Of a stretch of 64,000 nucleotides of DNA, positions 18,753 to 27,615 are shown in pieces. The position numbers and the translations under genes were made by a program. Each line of letters opens with the position of its first letter. The stretch's first letter is position 1. Location: the IMG/VR virus record IMGVR_UViG_3300035704_000002, positions 1 to 64,000 of that record. One strand, given 5' to 3'. The notes beneath the pieces were generated by a model, which was not told the origin of the DNA, made no database searches, and was given only the letters and a program-made list of their open reading frames with translations. The stretch is from a virus.

Positions 18753-20237
18753 ATGAGCGCGCCCGTGATCGCCGATCTCGCCGATGAAGCGGGGTTCTTC
18801 GAGGCACTGGCACTGCTGTGGGACACTGACGCCACCACCGCGCAGGTCGAAATCGACTGGACCGACCTGGGTGTCGGCGACCCGTTCGCGCTCGATCCGC
18901 TCACCCGCGAGATCCTGGAAAGCCTCGAACCCGGCGGCGTTCGGCCGTGGCGGGCCACGGCCCGCGAGAAGCAACTTCCGCCACCGGGCAACTGGTTGTA
19001 CTGGTTGATCCGGGCCGGACGTGGCTTCGGCAAGACCTTCACCGGTGCCAACGTGCTGGCCGAGTGGGCCGTGGAAGAAGTCGGCGATTACGCGGTCGTG
19101 GCGCCGACCTTCGGTGACGCCGTCAAGATCTGCGCCTCGGGGCCGTCCGGCCTGGTCAAGGCACTGGGCGACGATTTGGACAATTTCAACAAAAACGATT
19201 ACGTCCTGTACTTGAAGAACGGGTCACGCATCGTTCTGGCCTCCGCCGACGCGCCCGACCGCATCCGTGGCTGGAACCTCTCTGGCGCCTGGTGCGACGA
19301 GATGGGCTCCTGGCGCAGCAACGACGTGTGGTACGAGGGACTCCAGTTCGCGCTGCGCATCGGCACCCGGCCGCGCTGCGTGATCACCACCACGCCCCGG
19401 CGCGGCTCGCTGATCCTCAAAGAACTGGACGCGCGCGCGGGTGACGGCTCCGGCGAGGTCGTACTGACGCGCGGCTCGATGATGGAGAACGTCGCCAACC
19501 TCAACCCGGCCGTGGTCGACATGCTGCGCCGCCGCTACGAGGGCACCACGCTGGGCCGCCAGGAGCTGGACGGCGAGCAACTGGACGAGGTCGAAGGAGC
19601 GTTGATCACCGGCGCGCTGATCAACGCCACTCGCGTCGCCGTGGCCGATGTGCCTGAGCTGCACCGCATCGCGGTCGCCGTCGACCCGGCCACCACCAGC
19701 AAGATGGGCTCGGACGAGACCGGCATCATCGTCATGGGCATCGGGCCGGCGCCGCGCGGCTGGCAACCACCACTGGGCAAGGTGGTACTGGCCGGCACGC
19801 CGCACCTGTACGTGCTGGAAGACCTGTCGCGGCGCAGCACTCCCGAAACGTGGGGCCGTGTCGCCCTTGGCGCGGCCGACGAATGGGAGGCCGATGTGCT
19901 CACCGGCGAGGTGAACCAGGGCGGCGACCTGGTGGAGACCACGATCCGGCTGATCGCGCAGACCGAAGATCTCTACATGCCCGCCTACCTCGGCGTGTCG
20001 GCCAGCAAGGGCAAGAAGGCGCGTGCCGAACCGGTGGCCGGCGTGTGGGAGCAGCACCGGATGCACATCGTGGGCACCATGCCCGCGTTGGAGGATCAGT
20101 GGACCGGCACCGTGTTCACCGATGTCAAGGAGTCGCCCGACCACCTGGACGCGCACGTGTGGGGCTCGGTCGCGCTCATGCCGGAGCTGAGCGTGAAGTC
20201 CGGAACACAGATTCGACTGATCTCGGGCGCGGCCTGA
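18753..20237 (+). CDS. terL: Phage terminase large subunit
   Basis: REKQLPP, Walker A AGRGFGKT, Walker B AWCDE, ITTTP, RQELDGE, nuclease AVDPA...DETG and SPDHLDA. Confidence 0.95.
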   Translation: MSAPVIADLADEAGFFEALALLWDTDATTAQVEIDWTDLGVGDPFALDPLTREILESLEPGGVRPWRATAREKQLPPPGNWLYWLIRAGRGFGKTFTGANVLAEWAVEEVGDYAVVAPTFGDAVKICASGPSGLVKALGDDLDNFNKNDYVLYLKNGSRIVLASADAPDRIRGWNLSGAWCDEMGSWRSNDVWYEGLQFALRIGTRPRCVITTTPRRGSLILKELDARAGDGSGEVVLTRGSMMENVANLNPAVVDMLRRRYEGTTLGRQELDGEQLDEVEGALITGALINATRVAVADVPELHRIAVAVDPATTSKMGSDETGIIVMGIGPAPRGWQPPLGKVVLAGTPHLYVLEDLSRRSTPETWGRVALGAADEWEADVLTGEVNQGGDLVETTIRLIAQTEDLYMPAYLGVSASKGKKARAEPVAGVWEQHRMHIVGTMPALEDQWTGTVFTDVKESPDHLDAHVWGSVALMPELSVKSGTQIRLISGAA

Positions 20238-20244
20238 AACGCAG

Positions 20245-20277
20245 CAACGCGTCCGGCGCGATGAACCGGACGCGTTG
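20245..20277. terminator. bidirectional hairpin between convergent terL and whiB
   Basis: caacgcgtccgg / ccggacgcgttg. Confidence 0.7.
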
Positions 20278-20288
20278 TGCTTCCCCGT

Positions 20289-20822
20289 CTACAAAGCCGA
20301 GGTTATCAGGTCGCTCTGTTCGGTCATCTTCTCGGCCTCGACCTGCTCGGCCAGTTCCTTGGTCAGCGTGCCATTGATATGCAGGGTCTGGCTCACCTTC
20401 GTGCGCGTCCAGCCCAACGCGAGCAGGTGTCGCATGGCGAGCAACAGCACGTCGCGGCCGGGCTTCTCCAGTCGGCCGGCGATGCACAGTTCCACGTCTA
20501 CCGGCAGTTCGGCCGACCCTGGTCGAACCGGGTCGGCCGAACCGTCCGCGTCCGATTCGCCCTCGGTCGCGTTCTGGATGCGGGACAACGCCGTGCGACG
20601 CCGCGTCAGGGCGCGCCGCTCGTCCTCGCTCATGCCGCCCCACACGCCGGCATCCTGTCGGTTGTCCAGCGCCCAGGACAGGCAGGCGGACGCGACGGGG
20701 CAGCGGAAGCACACTGCCTTGGCCTTGGTGATCTGGAGCAGCGCGGGGCCGGTGTTGCCGACCGGAAAAAACAGTTCGGGGTCTTCGGTGCGGCAGGCCG
20801 CACGGTGACGCCAGTCCATCAT
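20289..20822 (-). CDS. whiB: WhiB-family (WhiB1/WblE-like) Fe-S regulator with a C-terminal extension
   Basis: DWRHRAACRTEDPELFFPVGNTGPA...C..CPV...C...GVWGGMSEDERRAL; AAGGAGG RBS. Confidence 0.92.
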   Translation of the reverse strand: MMDWRHRAACRTEDPELFFPVGNTGPALLQITKAKAVCFRCPVASACLSWALDNRQDAGVWGGMSEDERRALTRRRTALSRIQNATEGESDADGSADPVRPGSAELPVDVELCIAGRLEKPGRDVLLLAMRHLLALGWTRTKVSQTLHINGTLTKELAEQVEAEKMTEQSDLITSAL

Positions 20823-20924
20823 GGTGACACCTCCTTTATACAAAGGACAGACAATGCGGATGCTTTGGGGCGCATGGCAACGATGGATGTGACGTTGGTG
20901 GGATTGCCCTGCGGTGCTGTTCTT

Positions 20925-20953
20925 AGTGTAGCCGGTTCAGCCAGGCTAGGCGA
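20925..20953 (-). promoter_or_regulatory. Conserved promoter/operator copy upstream of whiB
   Basis: TCGCCT-AGCCTGGCTGAACCGGC-TACACT. Confidence 0.7.
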
Positions 20954-20958
20954 GTGTT

Positions 20959-21165
20959 TTACAGGCTGAACACCCAGTGCGCCGCGACCATGACGGTGTT
21001 CCACACGGTCACGATCGTGCTGTCCACGAAGTACAGCGGCGGCAGCGCGATCGACCGGACGGCCGGCATGGTCAGAACGGCGACCACGGCCAGCACGCCG
21101 ATCAGGGCGGCTACGGCGAACACGGTGTTCGATTCGGCGGCCTGGACTCTCTGCGTTTCGCTCAT
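20959..21165 (-). CDS. small membrane protein
   Basis: Hydrophobic, leaderless start. Confidence 0.6.
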   Translation of the reverse strand: MSETQRVQAAESNTVFAVAALIGVLAVVAVLTMPAVRSIALPPLYFVDSTIVTVWNTVMVAAHWVFSL

Positions 21166-21171
21166 AAAGCT

Positions 21172-21200
21172 AGAGTAGCCCTGTTAGTTAGGCTAGTCAA
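21172..21200 (-). promoter_or_regulatory. Conserved promoter/operator copy, leaderless
   Basis: TTGACT-AGCCTAACTAACAGGGC-TACTCT-6 nt-ATG(21165). Confidence 0.85.
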
Positions 21201-21209
21201 GCCTAGCGG

Positions 21210-21617
21210 TCAACACAGGATGAGCTGCGCGTTCCGCACCACGCTCAGTGCCTGCGCGTGATTCCACACCGATATCGAGTCCGACAACTCCGCCGCGACC
21301 GCGTCCTGCGATCGGCCAGCCGCGAGCTGGCCACACACGCCGCGACCGATCAGCACTTCCGAATCGCCCGCCTTCGAACGCGGCACACCGTCGTGATCCA
21401 GCGCGGCCAGGAACGCCGCGCGTTGCCCGGCCGACGCGGTTGGCGAACTCGGTGACACCACGGTGATCAGGGTCGACGTTGAGGCAGACACCGTGAGCGG
21501 CGGCGTGATGGCCGACGTGGCCGGTTCGCGTGGTGCGGTGCTCGTACAGGCCAGCACCGCCATGCCGGTGGCCAGCAGCACGCCGCACACACTCAGGATC
21601 GCCAGCTCTCTGCGCAC
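21210..21617 (-). CDS. DUF732-like putative lipoprotein
   Basis: Lipobox-like VLAC, AFLAAL...G..VC..L..G, terminal C. Confidence 0.7.
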   Translation of the reverse strand: MRRELAILSVCGVLLATGMAVLACTSTAPREPATSAITPPLTVSASTSTLITVVSPSSPTASAGQRAAFLAALDHDGVPRSKAGDSEVLIGRGVCGQLAAGRSQDAVAAELSDSISVWNHAQALSVVRNAQLILC

Positions 21618-21745
21618 GGTGCCCAGTGTGACCCACTGACGTCACGCCGGCCAACGACATCAGGACCCGGTGCGTCGAGCCGGATCTGACTTCGCGACGA
21701 ACGTTCGCACCCATCCGGGCGCGGTGCTCAGCAGCGGGCCGAACA

Positions 21746-22267
21746 TCAGTCGCGGGTTGTGGCGCGCCTCGAACCGCAGGTAGCGCCACGCGAGAACACG
21801 ATCTCCAGCTTGGCCTCGATCGCGGCATCCAGGTCGATGCGCAGCACGCCGGACAATCCGTAGACCATCCGCGCGATCCCTTCCAGTTCCTCGCGTATGT
21901 CACCTTTCCGCGCCCAGTGTTTGCTCAGGTATCCCACCGCACGAAAGATCGCCATGACGTACGGCCATGCGTCGGCGGGCTCCACGCCGTACATCAGGCG
22001 CACCGGCACCGTGGTCAGCTCATACCCCAGGGTGATCGCCGTGACATGCGCGGTGATCACCATGTCGGCCAGTTCGGCTTGCAGCTCCTCGATCGTGCCG
22101 GTACGGCGGGCGCGCCCCGTGCAGCGTCGCAAGGCGCCGACGACTTCGCCGGCCTCCTCCATCAGCGCCAGCATCTGCGCTTCGCCATCGTCGGGCTCGA
22201 ACCCGTTGGCGCGCAGGTTGACGACGATCTTCCGGGCGATGCCGGGCAGTTCGGTGGTGATGTTCAC
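21746..22267 (-). CDS. MazG-like NTP pyrophosphohydrolase
   Basis: LMEEAGEV...EELQAELAD motif plus a degenerate second repeat; AAGGAGG RBS. Confidence 0.75.
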   Translation of the reverse strand: MNITTELPGIARKIVVNLRANGFEPDDGEAQMLALMEEAGEVVGALRRCTGRARRTGTIEELQAELADMVITAHVTAITLGYELTTVPVRLMYGVEPADAWPYVMAIFRAVGYLSKHWARKGDIREELEGIARMVYGLSGVLRIDLDAAIEAKLEIVFSRGATCGSRRATTRD

Positions 22268-22278
22268 GTCATCCTCCT

Positions 22279-22350
22279 TATTCAAGTAAAACGGTGTTTC
22301 CTTGAATAGCGCCGACCCCTATTCAAGGCAGCCTGAATAGGGGTCGGCGC
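22279..22350. promoter_or_regulatory. Four alternating TATTCAAG-type boxes forming nested hairpins upstream of the MazG-like gene
   Basis: Boxes at 22279, 22301, 22320, 22332; 17-bp stem gcgccgacccctattca / tgaataggggtcggcgc. Confidence 0.65.
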
Positions 22351-22354
22351 CACG

Positions 22355-22645
22355 TCAGCCCGCGCAGGCAGGATCGTTGGCCAGCACGGCGATGCCGGAG
22401 GTGATCGCGTCGGTCGTCTGGCCGTGCGAGGTGACGTAGACGCCCGTCGTGCCGTGGCACTCGAACGCGACGTTGCGGAAACCGTCGGGGTACTGCATGA
22501 CGGCCTCGTTGGTGCCGGGATGGGTGTTCGCGGCCGTCGGGTCGGGTGCGTCGGTGTGGCTCGCGCCACAGCCGGCCAGCACCACGCTGAGAGCGGTGGC
22601 GATCAACGCGAAAGTGCAGATAGCAAGGCGGGTTCGGGTGGTCAT
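22355..22645 (-). CDS. small lipoprotein
   Basis: LAGC lipobox; YPDGFRNVAFEC. Confidence 0.7.
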   Translation of the reverse strand: MTTRTRLAICTFALIATALSVVLAGCGASHTDAPDPTAANTHPGTNEAVMQYPDGFRNVAFECHGTTGVYVTSHGQTTDAITSGIAVLANDPACAG

Positions 22646-23016
22646 CAGATGTCCTTTCGGGTGATATCGGCGGCAGTGGACGAGGCGTCGGACCGCCGGT
22701 CGGTCATGGGCAGGTGGTCGGGCAGTTTCTCGGTGAACTCGATCAGCGTCTTGATCATGGTGACGATGTCGGTTCGAAAGTCCACCGAACACGTCATGCC
22801 GTCCGGTTCGGACCAGGCCAGTGTGACCAGCACGATCGGTCCGGTATCCGCGCGCCAGGCGTAGAACTTACGCACGGTGGGGCGCCGCGCGATCCAGGCC
22901 GGCTGTCGCTTCAGCGACCACACCAACAGCATGAGACCGAGCCGGTCGTACCACGGCGGTTTGGGCAGTCGGCCCAACCGATCCAACGGCGAACGGGTCG
23001 GCAGGTGCCGGCTCAC
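22645..23016 (-). CDS. hypothetical protein
   Basis: Coupled overlaps. Confidence 0.5.
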   Translation of the reverse strand: MSRHLPTRSPLDRLGRLPKPPWYDRLGLMLLVWSLKRQPAWIARRPTVRKFYAWRADTGPIVLVTLAWSEPDGMTCSVDFRTDIVTMIKTLIEFTEKLPDHLPMTDRRSDASSTAADITRKDI

Positions 23017-23312
23017 GAGACGGCCTCATTCGTATGCCAGCGGGCCAGGATCGGGTCGGCGGCGGCCAGCGCGGACCGTAGCGCGCGCAGGTGGTCGCCG
23101 ACCTCGTGGCGGCTGGACTCCCACGCGGCCGAGTAGGCGTTGGCGGCGGCGTCCAGCGCGGTGCGGGCCAGTATCGGCGGCACGTAGCGTTCCCAGATCT
23201 CGCCGGCCCGTACGGCCTCGTGGCGCATCTCGGTCTGGGCGTCCAGGTGTCGGGTGATCGCGTCGGCGCCTCGGTTGGTGGATAGCTCGACGCTCGGGTC
23301 GATGGGTAGCAC
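23013..23312 (-). CDS. hypothetical protein
   Basis: GGGAGG RBS after a motif promoter. Confidence 0.6.
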   Translation of the reverse strand: MLPIDPSVELSTNRGADAITRHLDAQTEMRHEAVRAGEIWERYVPPILARTALDAAANAYSAAWESSRHEVGDHLRALRSALAAADPILARWHTNEAVS

Positions 23313-23342
23313 GGTGGCCCTCCCAGGGCTTTGGTTCTCGTG

Positions 23343-23371
23343 AGTCTAACCTAGCGAGCTAGGTTAGGCTA
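23343..23371 (-). promoter_or_regulatory. Conserved promoter/operator variant (AACCTAG...CTAGGTT)
   Basis: TAGCCT-AACCTAGCTCGCTAGGT-TAGACT; both palindrome arms changed compensatorily. Confidence 0.7.
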
Positions 23372-23561
23372 GGTGGCAGCGGTACGATGATCATCGGAAC
23401 GCGGACCCACACCACGGACCAGTCGTGCACTCTGTCCACGTAGATCACGCGGCCGGTCAGTCGGCTCGCGCCTACCCAGACCACCACCACATCGCCGTGC
23501 CTGCGGCGGCCCACCGGTGAAGCGGGCACGTGCTCCGTGAGCATGACCGTGTCGGCGTCGA

Positions 23562-23846
23562 TCACGGGTCGTCAACCGTCAGCGGACTGGGCGCATAGCC
23601 GATCATCACGTTCTCGACGACCTTGCGAATGCAGGCCGCACGATGCGCGTAGAACGGCTTCGTCTCGAAGGCGACCCCGTCACCGGTGGGAACCTCGACC
23701 GTGCCCATGATGCCGGTGTCGACCATGCCGCCGACCGTGACCAGCCCCATGAGGTTGGCCGGCCGGTCATCGTCACCGATGCCGCCGGTGGTGTAACCGC
23801 ACGCGTCGCACACGTACACGGTGCCCTGACGTTTCATGCGGGCCAT
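23562..23846 (-). CDS. hypothetical protein
   Basis: CDAC motif; GAAAGGA RBS. Confidence 0.6.
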   Translation of the reverse strand: MARMKRQGTVYVCDACGYTTGGIGDDDRPANLMGLVTVGGMVDTGIMGTVEVPTGDGVAFETKPFYAHRAACIRKVVENVMIGYAPSPLTVDDP

Positions 23847-23855
23847 CCTTTCGGG

Positions 23856-24761
23856 TCAGTCTTCATCCGTCAGGTAGTCCGCCACGGCATCCCAGCGTGA
23901 CGCTACCGCCGTCAAGATTTCGCGCTGGGTTTCCATCGCGGCCGTGTCGCGCTCCCACTGCTCATCGTCCCGGTAGGACTCAACGGCGTCGGTGATGAGC
24001 TGATCGAGCACGGCCGGGTCCAGCGCGTCCAGCTCCCACGACGACGCGCCATGCTTCTCGATGTAGTTCTCGGCTCGCGAGTCGGTCAACTTCGCCGGGT
24101 TGGGCGGCGGGTTGTACTGCCGGACCTGCGGCATGTTCAACGCGATCCGCCAGACCTTCGTGTCAGCGTTGAACAGTTCGAGCCGATCGGCGATGTCGCG
24201 TGACATGTCCACGCCCGACGGGTCGTGGTCACCCAGGTGGATCACCATCACCTGTTGGCCGTCGCGCTCGTAACCTTGGTGTCGCCGAGCCGCGCTCCAC
24301 AACTCGGACTGGCTGGTGTAGCCACGGCAGGAGAACCACGGCACGTCCAGCCGCTCGGCGGTGCGACCGATCACGCCGGTGAGCGCGTCTTTCTCCACCC
24401 ACACCTCTACGCGGTACTTCTGCGACGCCCACCGGTCGGTGCGGTACTGCTTGGCCACGGCGCTCACGATCGACTCGGGGTCGTCCCAGTGCGCCAGGTC
24501 ACGCAGGTTGCGGGTCCGGTCCACCAGGTGACTCCAGTCCAGCAGTCCGGCCAGACGGGCGTCGTTGATGATCGACCCGAGGCGCTTGTACTCACTCTGC
24601 TTGTTGGGCAACAGGTCGCGCGCCACGAACTGGTAGTACAACTGTCTCAAGGTCAAGTCGTAGCCCTGTGCGGCGTAGTTGAGACAGATCTGGTCGGCCT
24701 GCTGGATGATCTCCAGGCTGCTGGCGGAGAAGCGCTTGGGCACGTACTGAATTCGGGGCAT
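23856..24761 (-). CDS. Topoisomerase VI-A / Spo11-like winged-helix plus Toprim protein
   Basis: LTLRQLYY, VEVWVEKDAL, RGYTS, LGDHDPSG, RIALN, WELDAL. Confidence 0.8.
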   Translation of the reverse strand: MPRIQYVPKRFSASSLEIIQQADQICLNYAAQGYDLTLRQLYYQFVARDLLPNKQSEYKRLGSIINDARLAGLLDWSHLVDRTRNLRDLAHWDDPESIVSAVAKQYRTDRWASQKYRVEVWVEKDALTGVIGRTAERLDVPWFSCRGYTSQSELWSAARRHQGYERDGQQVMVIHLGDHDPSGVDMSRDIADRLELFNADTKVWRIALNMPQVRQYNPPPNPAKLTDSRAENYIEKHGASSWELDALDPAVLDQLITDAVESYRDDEQWERDTAAMETQREILTAVASRWDAVADYLTDED

Positions 24762-24778
24762 GGGGGCGTCTTTCTCTC

Positions 24779-25447
24779 TCAGGTCAACACTTCGACGGTT
24801 TCGGTGGTCCAGGTGTGGCCGTACTCGTCCTGGTGGTCCCAGCCGTGCGGCGTGGTGATTACGCACTGGGGCGCGGTCGATTCCGTATGACGCGGGTCGG
24901 GGCAGCGCGATTCGCAGTGCAGGACCACGTGGTCGCTCAGGGCGCCGATCTGGAGCATGTCGACGCCGGCCAGCGCGCGTGCCTTGAGCATGTCCGTGTC
25001 GCTGTGCGGGGTGCCGCCGCCGTTGATCAACAGGTATAGCTCGGCCTCACCGCGCAGGTTGGGCAGCTTGGCCTCCACCATCGGCAGATGGAAGGAACGA
25101 CCGACGAACCGGCGGCCGACCGTCTCCAGCCGCTGCTTGCCGTCCACGACCGACCAGCAGGGCTGGAAGTTCTCGCGATGCCCGTCGGCGTAGATCGAGC
25201 CTTCGTTGGCCGTCCACTCGTCGTTGTCACGGTTGTTCAGGATGATGGCGGGCACCGGGATGCCCATGATCCAGGAGCGGATCAGCGCTATGCGCTGGTC
25301 GGTGGTCCACACGGCGCCGCGCTGGTAGGGCGGCTGCATGTCGATCTGGTCCAGCATGGTGGTCACCAGGCCGTACGCCTCGCGGTTGGTCGCGTTCAGG
25401 CGCCACTCACGCAGCGGCTCGGGCGTCTGGAGCGTCATGGCGGTCAT
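24779..25447 (-). CDS. DUF262 (ParB/Srx-like, GmrS-like) domain protein
   Basis: PPYQRGAVW, LIRSW..GIPVP, VVDGKQRL. Confidence 0.8.
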   Translation of the reverse strand: MTAMTLQTPEPLREWRLNATNREAYGLVTTMLDQIDMQPPYQRGAVWTTDQRIALIRSWIMGIPVPAIILNNRDNDEWTANEGSIYADGHRENFQPCWSVVDGKQRLETVGRRFVGRSFHLPMVEAKLPNLRGEAELYLLINGGGTPHSDTDMLKARALAGVDMLQIGALSDHVVLHCESRCPDPRHTESTAPQCVITTPHGWDHQDEYGHTWTTETVEVLT

Positions 25448-25454
25448 CTCCCGT

Positions 25455-25664
25455 TCAGGTGGTGGCGAACCAGGCCAGTGCTGCCGCGTCGTCGTTGTCG
25501 GCGCGCGCCGAGAGCAGGTTCACAATGAAGTCGATGCGCTTCTGGCGGGGTGAGAAGTTGGTGCAACGGCCCTTGTAGGACGAGATCGCCGCGTCGTACT
25601 GGCCGATCAGCTCGGCAGTGGCCAGCGCGTGGAGCCTGTCGCGGCGGATTGTCGTCGTGGTCAT
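25455..25664 (-). CDS. hypothetical protein
   Basis: Leaderless start after a motif promoter. Confidence 0.65.
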   Translation of the reverse strand: MTTTTIRRDRLHALATAELIGQYDAAISSYKGRCTNFSPRQKRIDFIVNLLSARADNDDAAALAWFATT

Positions 25665-25670
25665 AGTGCG

Positions 25671-25699
25671 AGTCTAGCCGACGTAGCACGGCTTGTCTA
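25671..25699 (-). promoter_or_regulatory. Conserved promoter/operator copy, leaderless
   Basis: TAGACA-AGCCGTGCTACGTCGGC-TAGACT-6 nt-ATG(25664). Confidence 0.85.
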
Positions 25700-25957
25700 G
25701 CCGCACGGATGCGCGGTATCGAAGATCAAGTTTGTCTGCTGCGCCCAGCGGGCATCGGTTGAACCGTCGTTCAGATAGCTCCACGAGTCGCCGTTGGGAC
25801 ACGTACCGCAGACGTAGCCGGCCGAGCACGCGGTGGACAGGTGCGCGACGACCGGCCCGCCGACACCCGGCGCGGTGGCCGGAGTCGGCGGGTTGGAGAT
25901 CCTGCTGGCGATCAGCATTGCCAGGAATGCCAGGCAGACCAGCATGCGAACGGTCAT
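25697..25957 (-). CDS. small secreted or membrane protein
   Basis: N-terminal hydrophobic segment, several Cys. Confidence 0.55.
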   Translation of the reverse strand: MTVRMLVCLAFLAMLIASRISNPPTPATAPGVGGPVVAHLSTACSAGYVCGTCPNGDSWSYLNDGSTDARWAQQTNLIFDTAHPCG

Positions 25958-25958
25958 G

Positions 25959-26567
25959 TCAGTCGCTGCTCAGCGCGTCGTAGAGCGCCTGCGTTTCGAA
26001 CCGGTCGTGCAGCGGGATCGGCCGGTGCGAGCCCGTCAGCGCGGCGAAACGCGGGTCGTCGGACACGATCCAGGCACCCGAGGCCATCGGGCCGAGCAGG
26101 CCGGCGGGCGACGTGGCCGGCCGGGCGACCAGGTAGCCCGGTGCGGTCTCGCCGAGCCGGATGGGCGGCGAGTCGGCGCTGGACGGCCACAACCGCACCG
26201 GCACGCGCCCCCGGTTCTTCATCGTCTCGGTCAACTTCGCCAGGCGCTCGTCCAGCAGTACCGCGTTGCGATGGGCGGCGGAGATGCCGCCGTTGGAGCA
26301 GTCGCTACCAGCGGTGGTCAGTACCCAGCACATCAGCCCGCGCTCGGGCTCCACCACGGGCTTGGTCATCAGCTCGGGCACGGTCGCGGACTCGATGACC
26401 ATGCAGCGGATGCCTTCCTCGCGGTAGCGCCCGGCGATGTCGCCGGCCAGTTCGCGCCCGGCGATGGTGTTGCTGTAGGGGCCGAGGCAGACGTGTCGGC
26501 CACTCAGGCGGGGGCCGTCGGTGGGGATCACGTAGATCTTTGTGGTCGGGGTTTCGCTCTGCGTCAT
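25959..26567 (-). CDS. hypothetical phage protein
   Basis: DCSNGGIS...MASGAWIVSDDPRF...PIPLHDRFET; leaderless start. Confidence 0.7.
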   Translation of the reverse strand: MTQSETPTTKIYVIPTDGPRLSGRHVCLGPYSNTIAGRELAGDIAGRYREEGIRCMVIESATVPELMTKPVVEPERGLMCWVLTTAGSDCSNGGISAAHRNAVLLDERLAKLTETMKNRGRVPVRLWPSSADSPPIRLGETAPGYLVARPATSPAGLLGPMASGAWIVSDDPRFAALTGSHRPIPLHDRFETQALYDALSSD

Positions 26568-26573
26568 GCCCTG

Positions 26574-26602
26574 AGTGTAGCCTAGCTATCGAGGCTTGTC
26601 GA
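26574..26602 (-). promoter_or_regulatory. Conserved promoter/operator copy, leaderless
   Basis: TCGACA-AGCCTCGATAGCTAGGC-TACACT-6 nt-ATG(26567). Confidence 0.85.
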
Positions 26603-26619
26603 GCATGTTCCGAACAAGG

Positions 26620-26657
26620 CCGGACCCCGGCGGGCCGATCCTCCTGCCGGGGTCCGG
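26620..26657. terminator. hairpin terminator
   Basis: ccggaccccggc / gccggggtccgg. Confidence 0.6.
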
Positions 26658-26673
26658 TGCTCGGTGCGGGGTG

Positions 26674-26925
26674 CTACTTCCGTGGTACCTTCGAGAGCAC
26701 CCACCGGAAGGTTTGCGGCTTGCCGTAGTCGCCGTTGTCCTCGCGCGGTTCGTCCTCGCCCAGGCAGCGTTCGAACGTGGCCACCAGTTCCACGTCGCCG
26801 ATCTCGTTCACCTGCCCAATCGTGAATCCGAACTTGCCGCCGGTGCCGTCGATCTCCTCGTCCAGGTCGTTCTCGAACATCTGGCCGATCTTGCCGACCT
26901 CCTCCAGGGCGGTGGCCTGGTTCAT
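26674..26925 (-). CDS. small acidic protein
   Basis: GGAGAG RBS. Confidence 0.6.
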   Translation of the reverse strand: MNQATALEEVGKIGQMFENDLDEEIDGTGGKFGFTIGQVNEIGDVELVATFERCLGEDEPREDNGDYGKPQTFRWVLSKVPRK

Positions 26926-27004
26926 GGTCTCTCCATTCTCGGTGTCACATGATTCGTGTAATTGCGAACTTGGTGCGGTGTGATGCTGTTCGCACTAAGG
27001 CGAA

Positions 27005-27586
27005 CTACGCCGAGGCGATCGTGATGGGCAGCTTCAGCACGTGCTCACGCAGGTGCACCAACACCCGCGTGACCTGCTCGGCTAGCGCGACAATCCGCTG
27101 GCCAACCAGTTCTACCGGCACGCACGCCAGTGGGTCACCGGCGAACAGCGGTGCCAGGGTCGTCGTGTCGATCGTGATCAGAGGCAGTTCGGAAGACTGC
27201 GAGTCGGTATCCGGGCCGGCCGCATCGTTGAAATGGTCTACGATCAGTCGAATGTTCCGGCCGGTCTCCAGGTCCGTGTCGGCCCGGTAAAAGTCGCTGT
27301 CGATCCAGTTCAGCGTGTAGGTGTTGCCGTCGGCGTCCACCTGCGTAACGGTGAACAGAAGCAGGTCTTCCGGGTCGAAGTCGTACATGTCCGATGATGC
27401 TCCGATGGCCAGACCCACGGTCTCACCAACGAGTTGGGCCGGTTGGTACTTCCAGTCGACCCATGCCTCCTCAACGAGCCACGCGCCGAGTGTCGAATCG
27501 CCGAGCAGTTCGGTCTCCGCAAGCCACCGGTTCACGCCAGCGGCGATGCCGTCGTCGTCCAGTGACGTGATCTCAATGGTGTCCAT
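27005..27586 (-). CDS. acidic hypothetical protein
   Basis: GAGAGGA RBS before ATG 27586. Confidence 0.6.
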   Translation of the reverse strand: MDTIEITSLDDDGIAAGVNRWLAETELLGDSTLGAWLVEEAWVDWKYQPAQLVGETVGLAIGASSDMYDFDPEDLLLFTVTQVDADGNTYTLNWIDSDFYRADTDLETGRNIRLIVDHFNDAAGPDTDSQSSELPLITIDTTTLAPLFAGDPLACVPVELVGQRIVALAEQVTRVLVHLREHVLKLPITIASA

Positions 27587-27615
27587 TATGTCCTCTCGGG
27601 GGGGATGGATTCGTT

